NCBI RefSeq assembly: GCF_009914755.1 | Contig: NC_060944.1 | Length of the DNA stretch: 64,000 nucleotides | Direction: 5' to 3' (one strand) | Source of the DNA: the human T2T-CHM13v2.0 reference genome, Homo sapiens | In this document: piece after piece, positions 30,294 through 42,388 of the stretch | How positions within the stretch are numbered: position 1 is the stretch's first letter | Layout: each line of letters starts with the position of its first letter | Program-made: the position numbers and the translations under genes | The notes under the pieces: model-generated | Database searches by the model: none | The model's input: the letters and a program-made list of their open reading frames with translations, nothing else | What the model was told of the DNA's origin: nothing

Positions 30294-30792
30294 TCTTAAA
30301 CAATCATAAAAACAATTCACTGTTAAAATTCCTGTTTAATGGACTGGGAAATGGAGTCTCACCTGTCAGGAAGATGGACAACTACATTTGGAGCATAAAC
30401 ATAGTTATCTCTGATATCAGTGTTGCAAAACTTACAATTGTGTGTGGGAGTCATTCAATTTTAGGGAAGTTTAGTGAAGCCAGAGAGAAATATCCAAAGG
30501 ACGTCATTTAGTAATCTTTTATTGAAGTGTCCTGGATAAAACAGTGTGCTAAGCAACTCTCCAAGGAAGCGGCAGGTAGCTATGATATTGTATTCCTAGA
30601 CCAGTCATCACCATCTTTTGGTAACCAGATCTTTTAAAGGCCTAAAAACATGGTCCCTGCGGAGGCTCCTGTATTATTACACTACTCTATTAGCCTGTTG
30701 ATAGCTAACTGTTGCAAGAATTGACTCATGCTAGTGAGTCCCATTCATAAGATCTTGGGACTTCAGAGCCAGACAGCTGAGGTAGTTAAATC

Positions 30793-31444
30793 TGTATTAT
30801 TACACAGGACTCTTGGTTACAATGGACTAAATCTAATGTATACTTTAACAATACAAGAAATCCACAGGTTCATGTAAGTGCAAGTTCCAAAGTAGTATTG
30901 GATTCATGTTAGGAATGACAAACTTACAAGATGTTGTTCAGAACCTGGTTTCTCCCTGTCTGTGTTTTGTCACTTCCATAATGTAAGCTTCAGTCTACAA
31001 CTCCACTGGATAGATCCCCACAACTCACAAGACATTTTTCCTTATGACACCAAATGATGCAGCAATTTCAAACCTCATATTCTTAAACCTTACATTCCAC
31101 GGAAATAAGGAACCTTATAGTAGCTTCCAAATATGAACTGGCAAAAGAAATAAAACTGGCATCCATCCTTTCATATTGGTTCAAATTAGGCCATGCGTGC
31201 CTTCCTGTACCAATCGCTATGTCCAAGATTGAGATGAGTGGGTGGGATGTGCCAATTGATGTAAGCTAATTTACGTTTATCTGTGTTCTGGTCTGAAGCT
31301 AGGTATACGCTCAATATGGTACTATACAATCTCATATTTGGAAACAGAATGTGAATTAAACTTGTAAGACAAATCAAACCATAGTTGGTAGGGAAAATTT
31401 AGGGGGAAATAATGCTGAAGAGGAAATCATATATGGACACCACA
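30793..31444 (-). mobile_element. MLT1K-like MaLR LTR
   Basis: tgtattattacacaggactcttggttac start; attggttcaaattaggccatgcgtgccttcctgtaccaatcgctatgtcc; ends caccaca. Confidence 0.65.
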
Positions 31445-31989
31445 GTTCACTGCTTTGGCTACATTATCTAAATCTGTGAGTACCAGTTTTTACATGTAGT
31501 GTGAGACAAAATGCAAAAGGGTTGATATAGTTCATGTTTCCTGTCATGTGGAAAAAGCAGGTCTGCAAAAATGTAAAAGAGCAATGGATGAAATCAACAC
31601 CTATGAAGGAAAAAGACCATACTGTAGACTCCTGAAAGCGTTCAAGCTTCGGTTTTCATTTGCGTTTGAAGCTCTGATGCATTACTGTCCCTGTGCCCCT
31701 CCACAGCTTGTTTAGTGACAAGGTACTTTAGTAACCTAATAAATTTCTATCTTTACTTAGGTTGGTTTATGCTGGGATTTAGTAAATTGCAAAGAAGAGA
31801 GCTAAGGAATACTAACATGAGACAAAATACAAAAATGAATAATATGGGATTTCTGTTCAGGAGAGAAAAGATCTAAAGGGCAAGATTAGACAGTTTGTTT
31901 ACTTTAAACACATTCCTTTTTCCTCACCTCTGTAGATGTCACTATTACTTTCTATTGCATCGTTTTCCTTATTCCATTTAATTGATCAT

Positions 31990-32730
31990 CAGGTCCCTCA
32001 GATCCACCCATTTCTTTCCAACACTGCTGCCACCTTTCCAGCCTGTAAAAACATCTACACTTGACCAGATGCCTGTATTAGCCTACTAACTGAGCACACA
32101 CTATGGTTGTTAGCACTTTTCCCAAAAAAACATTATCCATATAAGAGAAAGAGACTTTTAGACAAGGGAAGAGTCATGCTACTCTTCAACTTGCATCCTT
32201 TGGCAGTTCCTTATTCTACTTTGAAGTGCACTGAATTTTCTTGCATGGCCTCAAAGCCCTATATTATGGTTCTGCTGACTGATTTCACCACTTTCTCCCT
32301 TGCTCATTACTCCGTAATTACTCAGGACATTTCTTAGTTTCTTACATATTGAGTTCTCACTGCATTCGGTTTATCCCACATTCAGGCCCCTCTGGCTGGA
32401 CTTCTCTTACCCTGCTCTTTTGATGGTTGTCATCTTCTTATTCTGTTAGTTTTGCTTTAAGGTCTTTCCACAGACCTTTGCTGAACTTTGACTCATGTGA
32501 GTCTTCTCCCCATTGTCATGTCTTTATTTTCTTCATAGTTCTTATAAAAACTTACAATTATGATTTGCTTGTACTGATTTGCTTATAAACTATCTCTACC
32601 ATTAGGCTTTCATCTTCAAGAAGGTAGGAGCTAATCTGTTTAATATCACATTTGTACCCCCAGCCCCGACATGACATGCTTGCCTAACGTAATGTCTGTG
32701 CTCAAAAATGATTGCTAAGGGAATGAAACA
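31990..32730 (+). mobile_element. L2 fragment
   Basis: L2 body ending in tgtacccccagcccc...tgctcaaaaatgattgctaagggaatgaa. Confidence 0.65.
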
Positions 32731-32984
32731 AATAATTGTATTAAAATGGGTGATAGGTTGGTTCTAGGTAAATTACTTGGAGTTAAAATTTGGTGTTTGG
32801 TCAATGAGGAATATGGGTAAAATATAAGCTAAATGGGGAAAGGGGATCATTAAATGTCAGTCTTAACAACATGGATTTTAATAACTGCTACATATTGTAT
32901 TTGAAAAATTTGTAGTAGATAATTTACATATGTCATACCATCTATTACTTTTTGGTAATATAAGAAGAGAGGTATTCCAACTGA

Positions 32985-35041
32985 CGTCGTACTTAATGGT
33001 GAAACACTGGATGCTTTTCCCTCAGGTCAGGAACAAGATAAGGAGGGTTGCTGTCAGCACTTCCATTCAACATTTTATTGGAGGGTCTAGTTTGGGAAAT
33101 AAACAAGAAAAAAATATAAAAGTCACATAGATTGGAAAGTAAGAAGAAAAACTATTTCTACTCACAGATAATAAGAGGTTATAGATATAGAAAAACCTAA
33201 GGAATCCACTAAAAATTACTAGAACAAATAAATGAGTTCAGTGAGGTTACAGGACAAAGATCAACATAAAAAATTGTATTTCTGTATACTAGTAATGAAC
33301 ATTCCAGAAATGAAATTAAGAAAACAAGCCAATTACAATAGCATCAAAATGAGTAAAAAACTTACACATTAATTTCATAAAAGAAGTACAAGGCTTTTAT
33401 ACTGAAAAGAACAAAACATGGTTGGAAGAAATTAAATAAGACGTATGAAACGTCATTCAATGTACACGGATAGGAAAACTTAAGATAGCGATACACGCCT
33501 AATTCTCAACAGATGTACCGCAATCCTTATCAAAATCTCCCATGCCTTTTTGCATAAATTAACAAGTAGATCTAGAATTCATATAGGGACCCAGAATAGT
33601 CAAATCAATCTTGATGAAGAACAAGACTGGGGGACTTTCACTTTTCAATTTCAAAGCTTACTACAAAGCAACAATAATCAAGATCATGTGATACTAGCCT
33701 AAGGACAGCCTGTTGATCAATAGAATGAAATTGAGAGTCCAGAAATAAAGTCCTACATTTATGGCTAATTGATTTTCAACAAGGATGCCAAAACAATTCA
33801 GTGAGAAAAAAAAAAAAAAAAAGAGTCTTTTCAACAAATGGTGCCCAGACAATTGGATATCCACATGCAAAAAAAAAAAAAAAAAAAAAAAATTAAGTTG
33901 GACCCCAACCACATACCATATATAAAAAACTAATTTAAAATATATGACAAACCTATATGTAAGAGTCAAAAATACAAAACTCTTAGAAGAAAACATGAGA
34001 ATACATCTTCATAAAATTTATCAGATACTATACTAAAAGCAAAAGCAATAAAAGAAAAAAATAAATTGGAGTTCACGGAAATTAAAATATTTTTGCACTA
34101 CAAAACATGATTTTACTGACTGGGAGAAAATGTTGGCAAATCATATAACTGATGAGGGACCTGTATCTAGAATACATCAAAAATTCTTTTAACTCAATAA
34201 GACAAATAGCTATTTTTTTTAAAAAAATGAGCAAATAAATCTGCCTAGATATATCTCTAAAGAAGATATATTGAATTGCATAAGCATGAGAAAAGATGCT
34301 CAACATCATTAGCTATTAAGGAATGCAAATCAAAACCACAACGAGATACCACTCCAATTCCAACACAATGGCTGTAATGAAAATGACGGACAGTGAAAAG
34401 TGTTAGGATGTAGAAAAATTGGAGCTCTCATACATTTCTGGTGGGAATCTAAAATGGCACACTCACTTTGGAAAACAGTTTGGTAATTCCTCAACAGGTG
34501 AAACATAAGATTATCATATGACCCACCAATTCTACTCCTAGACATCTAACCAAGAAAAACAAAAACATATGCCCATACAATTACTGTATATATCAACGTA
34601 CATAGTGGAATTATTCATAATAGCAAAATGTGAAAAAAATCCATAGTCCATCAACTGATGGATCAAGAAAATGCAGTATAGTTATTCGATCGAGTACCAT
34701 TTATCAATAAAAATGAAGTCCTGATATATGCCACAGCATGAATGAATCTCAAAAACATAATGTTATACTTAAAAATACAAAGACCACATATGTTATGATT
34801 TTATTTATGTGATGTCCGGAATAGGCAGATCTGTAAAAACAGAAAGTAGATGAATAGTCACCTATGGCTGCTGGGTTGGGAAATAAAAGGAGGATGGGTG
34901 TGACTGCTAGTGGGCACAAGATTTCTTTTTAGAGCATGAAAATATTCTTAAATTAGATTATAGTGATATAAATCTGTAAAACATTCATTTATGTACTTTA
35001 AACAGATGAGTTTTGTGGTATGTAAATTATATCTCAATAAA
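32985..35041 (+). mobile_element. L1MB7/8-like old LINE-1, 3' part of ORF2 plus 3'UTR
   Basis: Degenerate ORF2 (aatggtgaaacactggatgcttttccctcaggtcaggaacaag, aaagcttactacaaagc) and L1MB 3' end ataggcagatctgtaaaaacagaaagtaga...ggtatgtaaattatatctcaataaa. Confidence 0.9.
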
Positions 35042-36454
35042 TTCATTGAGAGAGAGAGAGATTATTAAACCTAAATTAAGAAACAAGGACTGCAACAGCA
35101 TTATGCCTCTAGAAAGCAGCAAATCCAGATTTGATCCAGATATGTCTGGCTTCCTTCAGTGTCTGTGTTTCAGTTTTCCTTTTTTTTTTTTTTTTTCCAA
35201 GCAGCCAAATCCAGCTCTGACTAATTTAGCTTTACCTTCCTGAAAAGGAACCACATAAAAGAGATATGTTAGAAAGCTATTGAACAGGTCACAAAACTGA
35301 AGTGCTGAAAAAGCATGTCTCATAAGATAAAAGGATCAGTAAAATTAGAGGACCTTAGTAGTGGGATCACATGGTCAATTTCTTTTCAGTGCTGCTCTGT
35401 ATCCCTTCCCAGAAATACACAAATGTCCTTTGGGCCTTGTTAGGGTTCTGTGTCTACCCTTGTGATAAGGGGTTACGGGTACAAGTATTTTCAATTCGTT
35501 GGATCAACATGAAATGAATGGGATGTTTACCAAAAGAAGGAACACTAAATAGCTCGTCAAATGTGCTCAGGCGCCTCTAAAGCCCCATCTTCTCTACCTA
35601 GTTCTTGCCCCCTAGTACAGCCATGTTTGCGACAAAAATCAGGCAAGTCAATCATTGGGTCGAAATGGTTTAAAAGTTTTCAAATTTGTGTCTCATAGAT
35701 ATATCCGCAGAACTATTATATGGAACATAATAATATTTGCATATTTAACTTTACCTTGGGCTGGGGACATACTAATGTATTTAGGAAGCTTCGCTAATTG
35801 TCAGACTCTTTGGATAATAGATTGCTAAATGCAGGCAATAAGAAATGCCTACCATTCCCAATGCCCTGCTATCCTCTGCAATTGATTGTATTAACATCAG
35901 TGATGGCATTCTGAGGAAATCACTTTGGTGGATCAAAATAAACAAAGCTAATCTAGAGCAGAGAAAGCTGAAAAGATTTGGTAATAGTCATATCTTGAAA
36001 CTGTAGAGCTTAGAAAAGCAGAAGGACATCAAAATTAAATAAAATAAATCATTTTAAAAGTCTGATCTCACTATTCTATTTTTTTCAATTCTAAGACCAG
36101 ACAGCTTTTAAATAAAGAGACCTGGTTGGTGAGATGTTGCTTCTTTCAGAATTCAGAAATTTTAAATTAAAAAGTAATTTCTGTTCATTTTGGTGACATT
36201 AAGTACACATTTGAAATCATTTTATATGTCAGATTGGTATCTCAAAATATCTATATAAACTGGAATATATTAGAAGTATGTTAAAGGTACTGCTGATAAA
36301 AAAAATTGATGTAAATCAAATTATTATCTTGAATCAGTTTCATAAATGCTTGAGTTCATTCTTTCATTTACCTCACATACTTCTTCCTTTCTTGTCCTTC
36401 ATTTCTCTACTTTGCTATTCCTTTCCTTATTACTTAATTTTAAAAATATTTATG

Positions 36455-37240
36455 AATAAGATACCATGGTGGACATTAGAGATAAAATAGCCTCTGTCCC
36501 CATGAGCTTATAGTCTAATTGGAGAGAGAAAGATATTAATCAAACAATAAAGTACACACATATACATAATTATAACCAAAAAGTATAGTTTGGTTTGAAA
36601 AATAATTTGAATTACCTTATCTAGACTGGGGAAGCAGGAAGGCTGTTTGAGGAAGTAGCATTTGTGTTGAGACTTGAAGTATTGAGAGAGGTCTAGGCAA
36701 GTGGGGTGCTTGCATGTGTGGAAGGAGACAAAAGAACGTCCCCTTCAGTGGGAATGGCATGTGCAAAGGCGCTCATGGCCTAACAGATCAAGCTTTCTTT
36801 GAGAGCATGAAAGAAGGCAGCACATCTAAAGTTCAGAGGATGAAAATAAGCGTGGATTGAGATGAGGTTGGCGAGGAAAGCCAGGATCATGAGAGGCCTA
36901 GAAAGCCACAGAGTTTTAAATGGGTAAGGGAAAAGGTCAGACTTGCGTTAAAAAAAAAAAAAAAAAAAAAAAAAACTCTAACTAATTGGCCAGGTGTGGT
37001 GACTAATGCCTGTAATCCTAGCACTTTGTTAGGCTGAGGCAGGAAGACTGCTTGAGGCCAAGAGTTCAAGACCAACCTGGCCAACATAGGGAGACCCCTG
37101 TCTCAAGAAAAAAACAAAACAAAACAAAACAACAACAACAAAAAAACAACTAACTAATTTAATGAAGACTACACTGGAAAAAAAGCAGGAGCAGATGCAA
37201 AGAAAAACAGTTAAGTAGCTCCAGATGAAAGATACAGGTT
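36455..37240 (-). mobile_element. L2 fragment interrupted by FLAM
   Basis: ctgtccccatgagcttatagtctaattggaga; gggaatggcatgtgcaaaggc; aggatcatgagaggcc. Confidence 0.75.
36988..37146 (+). mobile_element. FLAM_C-like Alu monomer
   Basis: Single Alu arm plus an (AAAAC)n/(AAC)n tail. TSD-like ctaactaatt on both sides. Confidence 0.9.
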
Positions 37241-37269
37241 TCATTTTGTTAGTCTCTGTTCTGTCCCAT

Positions 37270-37420
37270 TAGTCAATTTGCTTAACTGTTTGGAAATTTT
37301 TCTTTCTTATCTGTAAAATGAGAATTAAAATAATATTTATTCAATAAGGTATTTATGAAGACTGAGTGAGATTAAGTTGGAAACTAGTCACCATGTCACA
37401 GGCTTTAAAAGTGTTAGCTT
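37270..37420 (+). mobile_element. MIR
   Basis: tttcttatctgtaaaatgagaattaaaata...gaagactgagtgagat. Confidence 0.7.
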
Positions 37421-38243
37421 TAATTACATGATGTCCTTGGAGTAGGAATAGCACAAGGAATGAGGTAAAGTTAACTACAGCTGTAAAAACTAGTTTCATT
37501 TAAGTTGACATTAGAGTGTAAGTCTTGAATATCCAAAGTAGTTGTTATCTTCTGAAATCTGAGAATAGCTTTTATAGTTTTTTATTTTTTCGAAATTATA
37601 TTTTAGGTTCAGAGGTTACATGTGCAGGTTGGCTACTTGGGTAAATTTTGTGTCACGGGAGTTTGGTGTACAGAATATTTCATCGCCAAGGTAACGGTCA
37701 AGTATCAACTTTAGGTCCTGAATATCTGTTAGTTTTCTGCCTCAGTGATCTGTCTAATACTGGCAGTGGAACATTGAAGTCTCCCACTATTATTGTGTGA
37801 TTATCTCTCTTTGCAGGTCTTTAAGAACTTGTTTTATAAATCTGGGTGCTCCAGTGTTGGGTGTATATATTTACGACAGTTAAGTCTTCTTAATGAATTG
37901 AACCCTTTATCCTTATGTAATATTCTTCTTTGTCCTTTTTGATCATGTTGTTTTAAAGTCTGTTTTGTCTGAAATAAGAATAACAACCCCTACTCTTTTT
38001 TGTTTTCCATTTGCTTGATAGATTTCTCTCCATCCCTTTACATTGAGCCTCTCGGTGTCATTGCATATCAGATGGGTCTCTTCAAGACAGCATACAGTTT
38101 GGTCTTGTTCCTTTATCCAACGTGCCACTCTGTGCTTTTTAGCTGGGACATTTAGCCAACTTACATTTAAGGTTAGTATTTGATCCCATCATCATGTTGT
38201 TAGCTAGTTGTTTTGTAGACTTGATTGTGTAGTTGCTATATAG

Positions 38244-39248
38244 CAGCAGTACTCAATATTTTTGACACCAGGCACTGGTTTTGTGGAAGACAATTTTTCC
38301 ATAGTTTTGGGTGGGGGATGGTTTTGGGATGATTCAAGTGCGTTACATTTATTGTGAACTTTATTTATATTATTATGACATTGTACTATATAATGAAGTA
38401 ATTATACAACTCACTGTAATGCAGAATCAGTGGGAGCCCTGAGCTTCTTTTCCTGCAATCAGACAGTCCCATCTGGAGGTGTTGGGAGACAGTGACAGAT
38501 CATCAGGCACTAGATTCTTATAAGGAGCACACAACTTAGAACCCTCATATGCATCGTTCACAATGGGGTTCATGCTCCTATGAGAATCTAATGCTGCTGC
38601 TGATCTGTCAGGGGGCAGAACACAGGCAGTAATGCAAGCAATGGGGAGCGGCTGTAAATACAGATGAAGCTTTATTTGCTTGCCCACCACTCACCTCCTG
38701 CTGTGCAGCCTGGTTTCTTTTTTTCCCTTCAACTTTTATTTTAAGTTCAGATGTACATGTGCACGTTGTGCACATTTGTTACACAGGTAAATGTGTGCCA
38801 TGGTGGTTTGTGGCACAGAACATCCCATCACCTAGGTATTAAGCCCAGCATCCATTAGTTATTTTTCCTGATGTTCTCCCTCCCCTAACCCCCTGACAAC
38901 CACTAGTGTGTGTTGTTCCCCCCGATGTGTCCATATGTCCTCATCATTCAGCTCTCACCTATAAGTGAGAACATGCGGTGTTTGGTTTTCTGTTCCTGCA
39001 TTAGTTTGCTAAGGATAATGGCTTCCAGTTTCATCCATGTCCCTGCAAAGAACATGATCAATCTTATTTCTTTTTATGGCTGCATAGTATTTCACGGTGT
39101 ATATGTGCCACATTTTCTTTATGCAGTCTATCATTGATGGGCATTTAGGTTGATTCTATGTCTTTGCTAATGTGAATAGTGAAGCTCAGTTTCTAACAGG
39201 CCACAGGCTGATACCGACAGTCCATGGCCCAGAACATGGAGACTCCTG
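38244..39248 (+). mobile_element. MER1A hAT-Charlie DNA transposon, interrupted by L1 at 38719-39182
   Basis: CAG...CTG termini and MER1A body (ggttttgtggaagacaatttttcc; ctcctatgagaatctaatgctgctgctgatctg). 8-bp TSD ctatatag (38236-38243) versus ctttagag (39249-39256). Confidence 0.92.
38719..39182 (-). mobile_element. L1PA10/11-like 5'-truncated LINE-1 (3' end only)
   Basis: catcccatcacctaggtattaagcccagcatccattag 3'UTR. TSD agcctggtttct (38707-38718) versus agctcagtttct (39183-39194). Confidence 0.9.
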
Positions 39249-41298
39249 CTTTAGAGTGTCAGTGGTCTAAGTACTTTGCTGCGTTTTTGTGGTGTCTGGT
39301 AATGGTTCATTGTTTCCATGTTCAGCACTCCTCTTGTAAGGCAGGTCTGGTGGTAATGAATTCCCTTAGCATTTGCTTGTCTAAAAAGGATTTTATTTCC
39401 CCTTCACTTATGAAGCTTAGTTTGGCTGACTATGAAATTTTTGGTTAAAATTTCTTTTCTTTAAGGATGCTGACTATAGGCCTCCAATCTGGCTTGTAGG
39501 GTTTCTGCTGAAAGGTCCTCTGTTAGGCTGATGGGGTTTCCTTTGTAGGTGACCTGCCCCTTCGCTCTAGGTGCTTTTAATATTTTCCTTTCACACTGAA
39601 CTTGGAGAATCTGATGAGTGTGTGTCTTGGGGAGGGTCGTCTTGCATAGTATCTCGCTGTGATTTCTCTAAATTTCCTGAATTTGAATATTGAGCTCTTT
39701 AGTGGGGTTGAGGAAATTTTCAAGAACAGTATCCTCAAATATGTTCTCAAATTTGCTTTCTCTCTCTCCCTCACTTTCAGGGATACCAATGTGTTACAGG
39801 TGGTCTGTTTACACAATCCCTTATTTCTCAGAGGTTTTGTCCATTCTTTTTTATTCTCTTTTTAAAAAAAATAATGTTTTTCTTATTTTTTTTCTGACTG
39901 AGTTGATTTTAAGAACCAGTCTTCGAGCTCTGAGATTGTTCCCTCAGTGTGGCCTATTCTGCAGTTAATTCTTCCAATTGTATTATGAAATTCTTATATT
40001 ACAAAATTCTTGTAGTGAGTATTTTTGCTCTTTCAGATCAGTTTGGTCCTTTCTTAAAATGGCTATTTTTGTTTTTCAGCTCTTGTATCATTTTACTGGA
40101 TTCCTTCAATTCCTTAAATTGGGTTTCAACTTTCTCCTGAGTCTTGATGATCTTTGTTGCCATCGAGATTCAGAATTCTATGTCTGTTATTCCAGGAGCT
40201 AATGTGATCATTTGGAGGTAAGAAGACACTCTGAATTTTTAAGTTGCCAGAGCTCTTGCACTGATTCTGTCTCATCTGTGTGGGTTGATGTTTCTTTAAT
40301 CTTTGCAGTTGCTGTCCTTTGTATGGGGCTTTTTGCTTTTACAGGCTTTGATGTCCTTGCAGGTCTAACTGTGGAGTACGTTGGGTTCAGTCAACTGGCT
40401 TTGTTTCTGGATGATTTCAAGGGGCCAAGGCTCAGCTCACTACTCCTGGGCTGCATGCCAGGCCCATGGTTTGTTCTTTGGCCCCTTAAGGTTGAGCATC
40501 AGCTATGCTGGAGGGGCTGAGGTGTTTCTGGTCTTCTGGCAAAAATACTCTTAAGGGGGAAAAGAATGCCAGCAAAAGCTTTTAATCAGGGTGGTGGCAG
40601 CAGGGTCTGTGTGTGCGTACACAGCCCATACCAGCTGTGGAGGACTGTGGCCACAGCACCTTTTCAGGCCTGACCCTGACCCATCTCTCCTCACTGGGTG
40701 AGGCCTCCCTGCACAAATTCCAATGACTCCAGCCAGGAGCTCAGGGACATAACCCTGATCTCCCTGGGCCTGCGCCCCTAGGGGGAGGGATGGCCTCAGT
40801 CTCTGTGGACCAGCAGACTTAGCCTTTCCTCCTGGCAGTTCTGAGGAATCCAGGCAGCCCAGATGACTGGGTTTACCCCCAGCAAAGCACACCACCTCCA
40901 CCAAGGGACAGTCAAAGTACTTCCTTAAACAGGTCCTGTTCCCCATGCCACCCAACTGACTCTCCAACAGGGATTGTCAGACACCCTATACAGGAGCGAT
41001 CCTACTGGCATCAGGTTGGTGCCCCATAGGTCAGAGATCCCAGAACAAGGAGAGGCACCCATATTTGCTGTTCTCCAGCCTCCTTGAGTGACATCTCCAG
41101 TGCAGGAGTGAACCAGTTGAATAGGGCCTGAAGTGAATTTCCAGAAAACCACAGCAGCCCTACAGAAGAGGGACGTGACCATTGAAAGAAAAACAAACAG
41201 AAAGCAACAACAACAGCATCAAAAACAACAAAAAGTCCCCACAAAAACCTCATCCAATGGTCAAGCAGCCTCAAAGATCGAAACTAGACAAACTCATT

Positions 41299-42330
41299 AT
41301 GATGAGAAAGAATCAATGATAAAATGCTGAAAACCCCAAAGGGCAGAGTGCCTCTTCTCCTCCAAATGATTGCAATGGTTCTCCAACAAGGGTGCAGAAC
41401 TGGACAGAGGATGAGAAGGACAAATTGACAGAAGTAGGCTTCAGAAGGTGAGTAACAAAAAACTGTGCCGAGCTAAAGGAGCATGTTCTAACCCAATGCA
41501 AAATAGCTAAGTACCTTGATAAAAGGTTAAAGGAGCTTCTAACTAGAATAACCAGTTTAGAGAGGAACATAAATTACCTGATGGAGCTGAAAAACACAGG
41601 ATGAGAACTCTGTGAAGCATACAAAAGTATCAATAGCCAAATTGACCAAGTGAAAGAAAGGATATCAGAGTTCGAAGACTACCTTGCTGAAATAGGGCAT
41701 TTAGATGAGGTTAAGGAAAAAACAATGAAAGGGAATGAACAAAGCCTCCGAGAAATATAGGACTACATGAAAAGACTGAACATACGATTGATTGGAGTAC
41801 CTGAAAGAGACATGAGGAATGAAAACAAGCTGGAAAACATACTTCAGGATATTATACAGGAGAACTTCCCCAACCCAGATAAAAAGGCCAATATACAAAT
41901 TCAGGAAATACAGAGAACACCACTAAGATATTCCATGAGAAGATCAACCCCAAGACATATAATCATCAGATTCTCCAAGGCCGAAATGAAAGAAAAAATG
42001 TTAAGGGCAGCCAGAGAAAAAGGCCAGATTACCTACAAAGGAAAGCTCATCAGACTAACAGCAGACTTTTCAGCAGAAACCCTACAAGCCAGAAGAGAGT
42101 GGAGGCTAATATTCAACATTCTTAAAGAAAATAATTTTTCAACCCAGAATTTTATGTCCAGACAAACTGAGCTTCATAAGCAAAGGAGAAATAAAATCCT
42201 TTCCAGAAAAGCAAATGCTGAGAGATTTCATGACCACCAGGCCTGCCTTGCAAGAGCTCCTGAAGGAAGCACTAACTATGGAAAGGAAACACCGGTACCA
42301 GCCACTACAGAAACACACCAAAATATAAAG
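41299..42330 (+). pseudogene. Disrupted L1 ORF1 (RNA-binding chaperone)
   Basis: ORF 41767-42384 has LIGVPE, RSTPRHIIIRFSK and YKGKLIRLTADFSAETLQARREW, then frameshifts. The upstream part contains stops. Confidence 0.92.
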
Positions 42331-42388
42331 ACCAATAACACTACAAAGAAACTACATCAATTAGTGTGCAAAATAACCAGATAGCACC

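Larger units (their letters stand above)
37575..40620 (-). mobile_element. L1PA15/16-like LINE-1 with most of ORF2 deleted; ORF1 and part of the 5'UTR retained; interrupted by MER1A
   Basis: 3' end (ggagtttggtgtacagaatatttcatcgcc) joins at about 37704 directly to EN-domain sequence (ORF 37943-38128 ...GVVILISDKTDFK). ORF1-like fragment 39577-39816 (...PSPRHTLIRFSK). L1PA15-16 5' region at about 40210-40620. Confidence 0.85.

Noticed and set aside
36950-36975. Poly(A) run as a processed-pseudogene tail (also runs at about 33807 and 33869)
   Set aside because: The upstream sequence is L2 or L1MB with no mRNA-like body or TSD; these are homopolymer expansions.
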